Under the pieces are notes generated by a model that was not told where the DNA came from, did no database searches, and worked only from the letters and a program-made list of their open reading frames with translations. Made by a program: the position numbers and the translations under genes. Shown here piece after piece: positions 16,013-23,986 of a stretch of 44,248 nucleotides of DNA; the first letter of the stretch is position 1; each line of letters opens with the position of its first letter. This DNA is from a virus, in the IMG/VR virus record IMGVR_UViG_3300045988_057449, positions 1 to 44,248 of that record. The stretch is one strand, 5' to 3'.

Positions 16013-17125
16013 TTACCTCCATAATTCTTGATAGTATTTGTACATTCGGTTTACGAGATTATAGGTATCTCCCTGTTCGGCGTGAGCTTTCCAACTCTTG
16101 AAACACTCATCAACCTGTTCTCTTGTCAGAAGCCCCGCTTTTGCCCGTTCTACCAATTTACGGAGTTTTCTCCGTTCGTGCGAGACCTTTTCCGGGAGGA
16201 CTTTCATTACTACTTTGCCGGTCGCAGTCAACCGAAAACTGAAACCTAAGAAATGGATAGGTTGCGTTATGGGAAATAACTGTGTCTTTTTCGGACTTAG
16301 TTTCAGTCCCAATGCCGTTACCCGTTCTTCTATCAGGGCTTTGCACTTTCGCAAGTAGTCTTTATTTTCGTGAACGAGGATAAAATCATCATTGTAACGA
16401 ATATAATGTTTAATGTGAAGTTGCTCCTTAATATAGTGGTCGAGGTCATCAAGCACCGCCAACTCTACAAGTTGTGTGACCTGTGAGCCAAGCCCCATTC
16501 CTATTTCGGGATTTTCACCCTGATTGAAACTTTCGATTATTCTCACCACTTCGGAAATTGCCCACTCGTCCGCTACACGCTTTCTAACGGCGGCAATGGC
16601 TACTTCGTGGGGAGTGCTACCGAAGAAGTTTGATAAATCACATTTTAGGACATAACCCTCAACACCATGCTTTCGGTAGTAGCGTTGTAAGTGGGCTTTG
16701 AGCCTGTCCCGTGCGAATTTAGTACCTTTACCTTTTTGGCAAGCGCAATTATCGTAAATAAACGACCTTGTGATTTCTTCGGTGAGGTAGTTATCGCAAA
16801 GGCTTCTCTGAAACACTCTATCCTTTATTCGAGTGCTTACTATATCCCTTTCCTTTGGCTCGTAGACTTTGAACATTGTATATTTGCTTAATTCGTATGT
16901 ACCATTCATAAGTTGTTCTTTTAGCGCAAGGCAGTTCACTAAGCCATTTTTCACATATCCTGCAACGCTGTCTTTCCAACCGACATTCCGCTTACATACC
17001 CATAGTGCAGCATACAAGTTTCCAAAGTCACAAACCGATTCTTTTACGCTTGATTTGTTTAACATAATTAAAATTAGTTGCCGTGTATAGCGATACTTGC
17101 TATTGGAAGCAAACCGCATCGGCAC
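16013..17125 (-). CDS. DGR reverse transcriptase
   Basis: RT motifs including GLGSQVTQ ((I/L)GxxxSQ-type) and YIRYNDDFILV (YxDD). GTG start with AAGGTGA upstream. Sits immediately 3' of the TR. Confidence 0.9.
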   Translation of the reverse strand: MPMRFASNSKYRYTRQLILIMLNKSSVKESVCDFGNLYAALWVCKRNVGWKDSVAGYVKNGLVNCLALKEQLMNGTYELSKYTMFKVYEPKERDIVSTRIKDRVFQRSLCDNYLTEEITRSFIYDNCACQKGKGTKFARDRLKAHLQRYYRKHGVEGYVLKCDLSNFFGSTPHEVAIAAVRKRVADEWAISEVVRIIESFNQGENPEIGMGLGSQVTQLVELAVLDDLDHYIKEQLHIKHYIRYNDDFILVHENKDYLRKCKALIEERVTALGLKLSPKKTQLFPITQPIHFLGFSFRLTATGKVVMKVLPEKVSHERRKLRKLVERAKAGLLTREQVDECFKSWKAHAEQGDTYNLVNRMYKYYQELWR

Positions 17126-17224
17126 TCCTGTTTCACCTTACCGGCAGGGATAGCAGTTCCTTGTGTGTGAGTGCATTGATTTCATCTGATAAAAGGACAG
17201 ATTACTTTAATACGAGCGTTACTC

Positions 17225-17329
17225 ACAATCCGGGGCAACCCCGTTACTGTTGTTCGCATTGTTGTTGTTGACATTGCCTGTCGTATTGACATTGCGCACA
17301 TTGTTCGAATTCGAGGGGTTGGGAGAACG
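17225..17329 (-). repeat. DGR template repeat (TR), intergenic
   Basis: In the VR frame it reads RSPNPSNSNNVRNVNTTGNVNNNNANNSNGVAP (AAC/AAT-rich). It aligns gap-free to VR1 and VR2 and differs only at its adenines. Confidence 0.9.
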
Positions 17330-17342
17330 AGCTTAACAACTG

Positions 17343-17756
17343 CTAACCCATATTTTTATAGCGTTCCATATCGGATTTACGCCAATTCCTAAGCATCGTC
17401 TGAACTTCTGCCGTAATCTTGATCCAGTATTCCATACGGCTGTTCTCGATGCCGAACACTCTGTAAGAGATGTCCATCATACTAAGGAGGGAGTATGTCG
17501 AAGCAAGTGCTTTGGTTTGATACTGCTTGCGGATAGCATGATCGGCACTGTCTTTTACATATACCGAATTTGCCATATTTGCATAGTTGCTGATTTCAAT
17601 AGCGGCATCTACGATTTTGCTTGTAATACACCACCGATAATGCTTCGGAAAATTTTTCTCATTGGAGCATATCTTTATTGTGTATGTGGCAAGTTCGTTC
17701 GCTTTCGTGATTACCAACAACTGACCTTCTCCCCGTTTTGACTTAACTACCGACAT
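17343..17756 (-). CDS. avd: Accessory variability determinant (Avd-like four-helix-bundle protein)
   Basis: 137 aa, basic and helical. Sits between the target gene and the TR, as in canonical DGRs. GGAGG ribosome-binding site. Confidence 0.7.
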   Translation of the reverse strand: MSVVKSKRGEGQLLVITKANELATYTIKICSNEKNFPKHYRWCITSKIVDAAIEISNYANMANSVYVKDSADHAIRKQYQTKALASTYSLLSMMDISYRVFGIENSRMEYWIKITAEVQTMLRNWRKSDMERYKNMG

Positions 17757-17769
17757 ATATTCCTCCTTA

Positions 17770-17785
17770 CGCCCCTGACGGGGCG
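17770..17785 (-). promoter_or_regulatory. GC hairpin with 4-nt loop 3' of VR1 (candidate DGR target-recognition hairpin)
   Basis: cgcccc-tgac-ggggcg lies 22 nt from the VR1/TR homology boundary (27 nt from the GC block). No equivalent hairpin exists beside the TR. Confidence 0.5.
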
Positions 17786-17795
17786 ATTTCTGATT

Positions 17796-18704
17796 TTAGA
17801 TGATACAACAAGCCGGGGCAACCCCGTAACTGTAGTACGCATTGGTGTAGTTGACATTGCCTGTCGCATAGACAATGCGCACATGGCCCGAATTCGAGGG
17901 GTAGGGAGAACGCAACCACCAATACTGAGCCGTACCGTTTCTGTATTTAATACGATTGGTGTCTGCTCCTGTTCCCGCCGCCGTCAACGAAGAGTTATCC
18001 GAATAGTACGGGTAGACAACACCTTCGGAAATGTTATTATTCAAGCCTCCGTAAACTTCGGTCATAGACAACAGGAAGAACTTTTCGGTATTTGTGTCAC
18101 TACCGCCGCCGTCCGTTACTGTGTTTTTCGCAGTAATTTTAGAAACCTCACCCACCGTAGCAAGGAAGTCGGCATCAAGCCCTTTCATAAATCCTGCGGT
18201 AGAGGTTGCGTAGGTAGGCTGAACATCATAGTCAGTTTTTGCCGTCCACCAAGTACCGGGATTTCCGGCAGAATTAAGCCACTGTCGAATACCTGATTCA
18301 ACCCAATTATTAGAGCCGTAGGATTTACGGTTACTGTCAGGGTTAGTAGGCTCTTCGGCATCGAACTGGAATGTGCTTGCGGCGATACAATCGTGCAACT
18401 GAATTGTAAGGCTGTGCGTATAGTCCGTATTAACGGGAGTATCGTGGTCGATACCGATAATATCCCAAGTGAGTTTTCCGTAAGTTTCGTGATTGCACAC
18501 GAGCTGATCCCCTACGCTGAAAACCTTAGAAGCAATTCCGAGACGAACGAGTTGCTGAACGACCGACCAAGAGTCGATTTCAACGGGTGTACCCCCACCT
18601 CCACCGCCGCCACTCTGTGTAGCAATGGCTTTCAGTAGTGCGTTCTGCATATCCATCTTCTCAATGTAGGTGGATTCAGAAAGCAAGTTCAAAACATTAG
18701 ACAT
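17796..18704 (-). CDS. DGR target protein 1 (DUF6273-like receptor-binding candidate, C-type-lectin-like variable C-terminus)
   Basis: NNWVESGIRQWLNS, FFLLSMTEVYGG and YWWLRSP framework. The C-terminus YPSNSGHVRIVYATGNVNYTNAYYSYGVAPACCII is encoded by VR1. ATG 18704 has GGAGG 9 nt upstream, just after the stop of the upstream gene. Confidence 0.85.
   Translation of the reverse strand: MSNVLNLLSESTYIEKMDMQNALLKAIATQSGGGGGGGTPVEIDSWSVVQQLVRLGIASKVFSVGDQLVCNHETYGKLTWDIIGIDHDTPVNTDYTHSLTIQLHDCIAASTFQFDAEEPTNPDSNRKSYGSNNWVESGIRQWLNSAGNPGTWWTAKTDYDVQPTYATSTAGFMKGLDADFLATVGEVSKITAKNTVTDGGGSDTNTEKFFLLSMTEVYGGLNNNISEGVVYPYYSDNSSLTAAGTGADTNRIKYRNGTAQYWWLRSPYPSNSGHVRIVYATGNVNYTNAYYSYGVAPACCII
17808..17912 (-). 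repeat. DGR variable repeat 1 (VR1)
   Basis: Gap-free alignment to TR 17225-17329. All 12 mismatches in positions 17813-17912 are at + strand T (coding-sense A) of the TR. Confidence 0.9.
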
Positions 18705-18717
18705 CTTATTATCCTCC

Positions 18718-19695
18718 TTATGTTGTTGTGTTTTCGTTATACTCAATAACGGGCTTGCCGTTTACGAGCCTGAATTTCATAAGATAACTCTTATTGTTAT
18801 CCGTATCGGTAACGATGCAACCGTCTACCGCCGAACTATTGTAAGTGCCACCGTCTGTCCATTTTGTACCGTTGTGATAGTACCAATGTCCTTTCGTATA
18901 GCCCGTTTCCGTTCCCGTGTAGACATATATCCGATTGGTCTTTGTCATTCCTGCGGCGGTAGCCGCCACGAGCGGAGAGCCGTAAAAATCGGATATTTCC
19001 TTCGCTTCTTCTGCTGCCGCAGTTGCTTTTCCTGCCGCCGTATTTGCAGTTGCCGTGGCAGCATTTGCATTAGCAGTAGCAGTATCTGCCGCCGTAGCCG
19101 AGTTTTCAGCACTTTCAGCCGCTTCATTAGCAGCAGTTGCCGCCGTGGTTGCATCGTTAGCGGCGTTGGCAGCGGTAGTAGCGGCATTATTTGCGGAGGT
19201 CGTTGCCGCCTGTGCTAACTCCGTAGCCGAGTTTGCCGCCGTAGTAGCGGTCTCACAGGCTAATTTCGCATCGGAGACATCAGAAATAAGGGTGATAAGA
19301 ATATCGTAATTCTCGTCCTCCGTAATGTCCGAGCCTTCGTCTTCAGCCGCTTCAACATCGATCGAAAATGAGGTAGAGGTCAGTTTCTGTTCGTCCGATC
19401 CGATTACCGAAATACTGCACCGTACTACATCGTCAAGTCCAAGCATCCAGTTCGTAAGTGGGACAGTCACCGTGCCGTCCGCATTGACCGTACCCGCAAA
19501 CGCTTTTGAAGAACTGTCCGCTCTTTCGGCGTTGATGATCGCCGTTGCGCTTGACGGGATTTCGATTTTAACACCCTCGTTGCAGAGTGTGACTTTGAGA
19601 AATCGAGAATTGTTATCGTTCTGTTTTGCAACGATCGCTTGAAACAGGTTTTTCTTTGCGACATCAACAACAATCTCTTTCGTTATTTGAGCCAT
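18718..19695 (-). CDS. BppU-like baseplate/tail-fibre protein with Ala/Thr-rich coiled coil
   Basis: The N-terminus KNLFQAIVAKQNDNNSRFLKVTLCNEG resembles BppU_N. Long ATTAAN... low-complexity stalk. Confidence 0.55.
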   Translation of the reverse strand: MAQITKEIVVDVAKKNLFQAIVAKQNDNNSRFLKVTLCNEGVKIEIPSSATAIINAERADSSSKAFAGTVNADGTVTVPLTNWMLGLDDVVRCSISVIGSDEQKLTSTSFSIDVEAAEDEGSDITEDENYDILITLISDVSDAKLACETATTAANSATELAQAATTSANNAATTAANAANDATTAATAANEAAESAENSATAADTATANANAATATANTAAGKATAAAEEAKEISDFYGSPLVAATAAGMTKTNRIYVYTGTETGYTKGHWYYHNGTKWTDGGTYNSSAVDGCIVTDTDNNKSYLMKFRLVNGKPVIEYNENTTT

Positions 19696-19711
19696 CTTTT
19701 ATTCCTCCAAT

Positions 19712-21973
19712 CTAAGCCCAATTATGCCAAGTCGTATTGTATTTTCCACGACAATATACTGCACCGTCCACACAAGTAAATCTCTGTAACACAAATATAG
19801 AGGTCACTTCAATCACTTCGAGTACGGCAACCGAGTTTGTCACAGGGCGGTTTTGAATATTTCCGTTTATCGGAACATAATAAATTCCCGAAGTAAGAAC
19901 ATCATTCAGGTCTGTTCCCGCTTCCAACTCTCCAATGAAGCCCTGAACATTCCTGTCATTCATTTTCACCGTACCTGTTGCACGAATATCTCCGTTGACA
20001 TCAAGAGCAAACTGCGGGTCGTTTGTATTGATACCGACCTTTTCAGCACGAAATGCCACGAGCGGTTGACCTTTGTTAATGTAAAGAGTAATCGTATTTG
20101 TAGAGAGCTTGTCTGAAACTTCGAGCTGAACATAATAGGCGTTCGCACTCGAAAGAGTAATCCAACTGTCATTGTCAAAAGAAAAACTCGAACTGCCGCT
20201 CTCAACGCCACCGATTGTGGCATAACTGCTCCACGAGGTAGAGGAGACATTCTTCGTGCGATACCGTGCGCTTACGAAAGAGTTTTTTGCTGTTCCGCTT
20301 ATGGTTATAGGTGATAGCGTTCCCGTAAAATCAAACTGTATTGTGTCCTCAACATTGTTCTCACGGCGAATGTGGTAAGAATCAATGGTGATACTCTCAT
20401 AATCAATAACCGTAATATCTTTTGTTACGGAAGTTTCATATCCCCGGCTGTCTATTGCGGTAACAATCAGAGAAAGATTTCCGGCATCCGAAATAGTGCC
20501 GAACGGAATGGAGGTGGAGGAAGAGGAAATGCTTTTTTCTCCCACCGTAGCACGATATGCTACGATACTTGCCCCGTTTTTCGCGGTGGCAGTATTACAG
20601 ACCACCCGGAGTGAGGACTTCGATTGCACGAACAAACTTGCGTTTTGTGTAACATTCACTACGGCATTGTTATTATCCGAGAAAGTAAAGTTTGCAAATG
20701 TCGGTTTAGAAATACTTGCCGTGGTATAAATCGTTCCGCTTGCAGACGAAGTAGTACCTATCTGTGTTGACCCATTGTAAGTAGTCAGAACATAGGTCAC
20801 GGTCAGGGTTTTTACCGCCGACATAGCCGTCAAAATGGTTGTCCTTTGTGCCGAAGTCAGAGATATAGTCTTATTGTTCGTTCCTGCGCTCCCTGTCAGC
20901 CCTGTAATAGTAAGAACAGTCGAAGAGCCGTTTTTGATTGCCAAGGAATGTGTATAATTCTTGTCGTAGACTGTCCAATTTATATTGAACGAAGGAGAGG
21001 TCACATCAACAGTCAAAGGATTTACGGAGTTCAATATGGTTGCGCCAAGAGTTTTAACGCTCGAAGCGGCAGATTCACCATACAACCCATTGGATTGTTT
21101 CCTTGCCCGTACCTTGATTTGATAGGTCGTGTTCGGTGTAAGACCCGTAATAGTCTTAACCGCACTCGTTCCCGCAGCGGTAGAGAACTGTGTCCAAGAT
21201 GAGCCGTTGTTGATACTGTACTGCCATATATTAGCCGTTACAGAAGATTTCGCATTGATATAAACCGAATTTGCGGTAATATTGCTTGAAGAGAAAGAAA
21301 TCTGAGGGGCGGTAATATCGGCACTTGCATTTCCCGAAGTACCCCAAACCTCATTATCTGTTCTCCTTGCTCTGACTTTGATTGCAGTATAATTCTTACT
21401 CGATAACCCCGTAAGTGTCTTGCTTGCCGAAGTACCGTTAGAGGTGGAGAAGTTAGTCCACGAAGAGCCGCCGTCAAGACTGTAATCCCAACGGTTACAA
21501 TTCTTACTCGCAGTACCTTTCACGGTAATGCTCGAAGTCGAAACGACCGAAGCCGACACCGAGACGCTAGGAGCAGAGCGGTCAATCGTATCAAGGTCAA
21601 CGGTTGTAGATGCAGTAATAGTGCCAATCGAAACGCCCGAATAAGTACCGCTGAAACGCCAACTCGCACTAAGCGGAACTCCCGTTTTTGTACCGTTGGA
21701 GTTATGATAGACATTAACCGTTCTATCAAACAGGTGTACAAAATGCCAACTACCGCCGTCATCGTTTATCGCAGGAGTCGAATATGTGCCGGAAGAGCCG
21801 TTAATACTTGCGATACCGTCACTTCTCGCACCGACATAAATGCTCCAAATGCGAAGATAAACTTTAAGAGTTACGGCAGTATAATTCCCGGTTTTACTTT
21901 GACTGCCCGACCATTCGCAGTAAAGCCCGAACTGACTTGTCGGGTAATTATGAAAATTTCCGCTAAGAGCCAT
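19712..21973 (-). CDS. Tail fibre/receptor-binding protein with tandem FN3-like repeats
   Basis: Repeats YSLDGGSSWTNFSTSNGTSASKTLTGLSSKNYTAIKVRAR and YSINNGSSWTQFSTAAGTSAVKTITGLTPNTTYQIKVRAR. Sits after the baseplate genes. Confidence 0.6.
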   Translation of the reverse strand: MALSGNFHNYPTSQFGLYCEWSGSQSKTGNYTAVTLKVYLRIWSIYVGARSDGIASINGSSGTYSTPAINDDGGSWHFVHLFDRTVNVYHNSNGTKTGVPLSASWRFSGTYSGVSIGTITASTTVDLDTIDRSAPSVSVSASVVSTSSITVKGTASKNCNRWDYSLDGGSSWTNFSTSNGTSASKTLTGLSSKNYTAIKVRARRTDNEVWGTSGNASADITAPQISFSSSNITANSVYINAKSSVTANIWQYSINNGSSWTQFSTAAGTSAVKTITGLTPNTTYQIKVRARKQSNGLYGESAASSVKTLGATILNSVNPLTVDVTSPSFNINWTVYDKNYTHSLAIKNGSSTVLTITGLTGSAGTNNKTISLTSAQRTTILTAMSAVKTLTVTYVLTTYNGSTQIGTTSSASGTIYTTASISKPTFANFTFSDNNNAVVNVTQNASLFVQSKSSLRVVCNTATAKNGASIVAYRATVGEKSISSSSTSIPFGTISDAGNLSLIVTAIDSRGYETSVTKDITVIDYESITIDSYHIRRENNVEDTIQFDFTGTLSPITISGTAKNSFVSARYRTKNVSSTSWSSYATIGGVESGSSSFSFDNDSWITLSSANAYYVQLEVSDKLSTNTITLYINKGQPLVAFRAEKVGINTNDPQFALDVNGDIRATGTVKMNDRNVQGFIGELEAGTDLNDVLTSGIYYVPINGNIQNRPVTNSVAVLEVIEVTSIFVLQRFTCVDGAVYCRGKYNTTWHNWA

Positions 21974-21987
21974 TAGACCTTACCTCC

Positions 21988-23589
21988 TTAATCGAGAAAT
22001 ACTAAATTTGTCCCTGTATTGCCATAGGGAATGAGCCGCACTCTACCGCATTGGGCATATGCGGTAAAGAACGCTTTCGGGATATTCATCTCGTCCGCTT
22101 CAATGTTTGTAACGAGCATATCACGATAATAGATTCTGAACGCTTTCGGCGTGATTTCTATATTGTAATCCTCACCGACCTTGCTTACTTCGATGCCCTC
22201 AGCGGACAGCAGACGAAAAAGCGCATCCCCGGCAGCGGTTACACCGTAAGACCATACAGGGCTTCCGTTATTCCACCCCGTGGTTGTCCAAGCAATTCCC
22301 GCCGCAGTCATAGTGAATATTGTTTCGCTTTCTTCAAGATTAGGCTTGTTGTGAAGATAATAAATAACCGAGCCATCATCCTGCGCAACAGGGGTTTCGT
22401 ACAAGCCCATTGCATTACAGATAAGCTCATTGAACGCAAGTACCGTCTGGACTCTATCGTTTAACGCTTCGTTCTGCCCCTGTTGCAGACTTTTGATAAT
22501 TGCCGACTCTTTCTTCGTAAGAGGGTTTGCAGAAGCATATCCGCTCTTTGTTGCCGTCTCACCCTTACCCTCGATAGAGGTGCTTGTGTTAAGCGAGAAA
22601 GTGTAGTCGGTAATAATGGTTGTGTGTTCCCTGCCTGTTTTATCAAGGAATGTAATAACATCAAGCGGGTACAGGTGCGGCATAGGTTTTATCGTTGCCG
22701 AAAACGGGGTATAGGTAAAACCTCCAAGAACATTGTAAAGGGCTTGCGCTACCGCACGGTAATCGTGCTGAATAAGTTCGTTGCCCTCTACATTAAAAGC
22801 GTAGCCGTCATCTCCGACAAGATAGGTTTCCTCCTCCGTTACGACCTGTACACCTGTAATTTCAACGGCGTTCTCCTCCAAGTCGGAGCTGAAACGATTT
22901 TTCAAATCAATAACCGTATCGGTCGAGGAATACCATTTCAAAATGAGGTGTCCGTCCCAATCAATGAAACCACAAGTACCCGTCAACTCTGCAACCCACG
23001 AAAGCAACTGCCGATAGGTCAAATCCTCCGTGGTAGGTGCAGTCTTTATCACATAATCGTTGTTAGGCAATGTCGTAGCATTCGTCCCCAAGGTAACATT
23101 ACATATATCGCAAATGCGGGAAAGCAGATTACTTACTGTCATAGGGAATGACAGTAAGCCCATATCAACAGGCTTGTCGAACAATACCATACGATCGAGA
23201 GCCGCAAGAGTAATGACTTCCAATTTCCGTGGTGCTTCGTCAACCGTGAAATATCCAAAGGGTACATAGTGGTAGACTGCATTTTCCCAACGCTTTGCAT
23301 CCCACTTTTTCGTGCCGACACGCACATACATTTCAGCCCCCTCGAACTGAACATTATTGAATCGTCCGTCCGAGTTGTTGAGCTTCAATTCTATCTCTGC
23401 TGCCACGACCGAGCCTATCTCAATCTTACTGCCGGAAACGCAATAGCGATTTACCGATAAGCCGCCGAGAACAATATCCTTTTCGGTCAATTTTAGATTT
23501 TCACTTAATCCGTAAAAACTAATGTCTACGACTTGTCTGTACGGTGTAGTGAAAAGGTCAAGTGCTTCTTTGGAAATAGGATATGCCAT
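21988..23589 (-). CDS. Tail-associated (Tal-position) minor structural protein
   Basis: Second gene after the tape measure. I trimmed the start to ATG 23589 (MAYPISKEALDLF...), which abuts the upstream stop. The assignment is positional. Confidence 0.5.
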   Translation of the reverse strand: MAYPISKEALDLFTTPYRQVVDISFYGLSENLKLTEKDIVLGGLSVNRYCVSGSKIEIGSVVAAEIELKLNNSDGRFNNVQFEGAEMYVRVGTKKWDAKRWENAVYHYVPFGYFTVDEAPRKLEVITLAALDRMVLFDKPVDMGLLSFPMTVSNLLSRICDICNVTLGTNATTLPNNDYVIKTAPTTEDLTYRQLLSWVAELTGTCGFIDWDGHLILKWYSSTDTVIDLKNRFSSDLEENAVEITGVQVVTEEETYLVGDDGYAFNVEGNELIQHDYRAVAQALYNVLGGFTYTPFSATIKPMPHLYPLDVITFLDKTGREHTTIITDYTFSLNTSTSIEGKGETATKSGYASANPLTKKESAIIKSLQQGQNEALNDRVQTVLAFNELICNAMGLYETPVAQDDGSVIYYLHNKPNLEESETIFTMTAAGIAWTTTGWNNGSPVWSYGVTAAGDALFRLLSAEGIEVSKVGEDYNIEITPKAFRIYYRDMLVTNIEADEMNIPKAFFTAYAQCGRVRLIPYGNTGTNLVFLD

Positions 23590-23590
23590 A

Positions 23591-23971
23591 TTACACACCC
23601 GACCTTTCGATGATATTGAACGAGAGGTTAGACCAAAGCCCTTTCGTTGCGTTATACATAGGAGCAGAGCGATTACCAACATAAAATTCAGAAGTGACAT
23701 ACTTGCCCTGCATTGCATCGAGGTAACATACCGTAATGTACTCAGGGTTGAAGGCTTGAAGCAGTTCGGAAACTTCCCTCGTGGAGATGTTCTGCCACGA
23801 AAGTTCAAGCCCCACGAGCTGACCGACACGCTTCTTGTGCATTACGGTATCTTCCGTGCGCCCTGCGTCCGAAGCAGAGACATCTTCCAATTTCCAAAGG
23901 AAAGAGGAGGGACACTTGATAGCCTTACCGTTGACCGACCTAATCGGATTGAGTTCTGAGTATGTAGCCAT
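23591..23971 (-). CDS. Small distal-tail-position protein
   Basis: First gene after the tape measure. 126 aa. The assignment is positional only. Confidence 0.35.
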   Translation of the reverse strand: MATYSELNPIRSVNGKAIKCPSSFLWKLEDVSASDAGRTEDTVMHKKRVGQLVGLELSWQNISTREVSELLQAFNPEYITVCYLDAMQGKYVTSEFYVGNRSAPMYNATKGLWSNLSFNIIERSGV

Positions 23972-23986
23972 TCAAATATCCCTCCT

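Noticed and set aside
18950-19270. GC-rich, highly repetitive GCN-codon stretch as a possible extra variable repeat or contingency locus
   Set aside because: It has no similarity to the TR. It encodes an Ala/Thr/Asn-rich coiled-coil stalk of the BppU-like fibre protein and is ordinary low-complexity coding sequence.
21988-23829. Long N-terminal extensions in the ORF track (also 28514-29260, 42188-43165, 6383-8038, 14225-15289 and 17796-18746)
   Set aside because: The extensions overlap the upstream gene in another frame and lack ribosome-binding sites. Internal ATGs with GGAGG-type sites placed right after the upstream stop were chosen instead.
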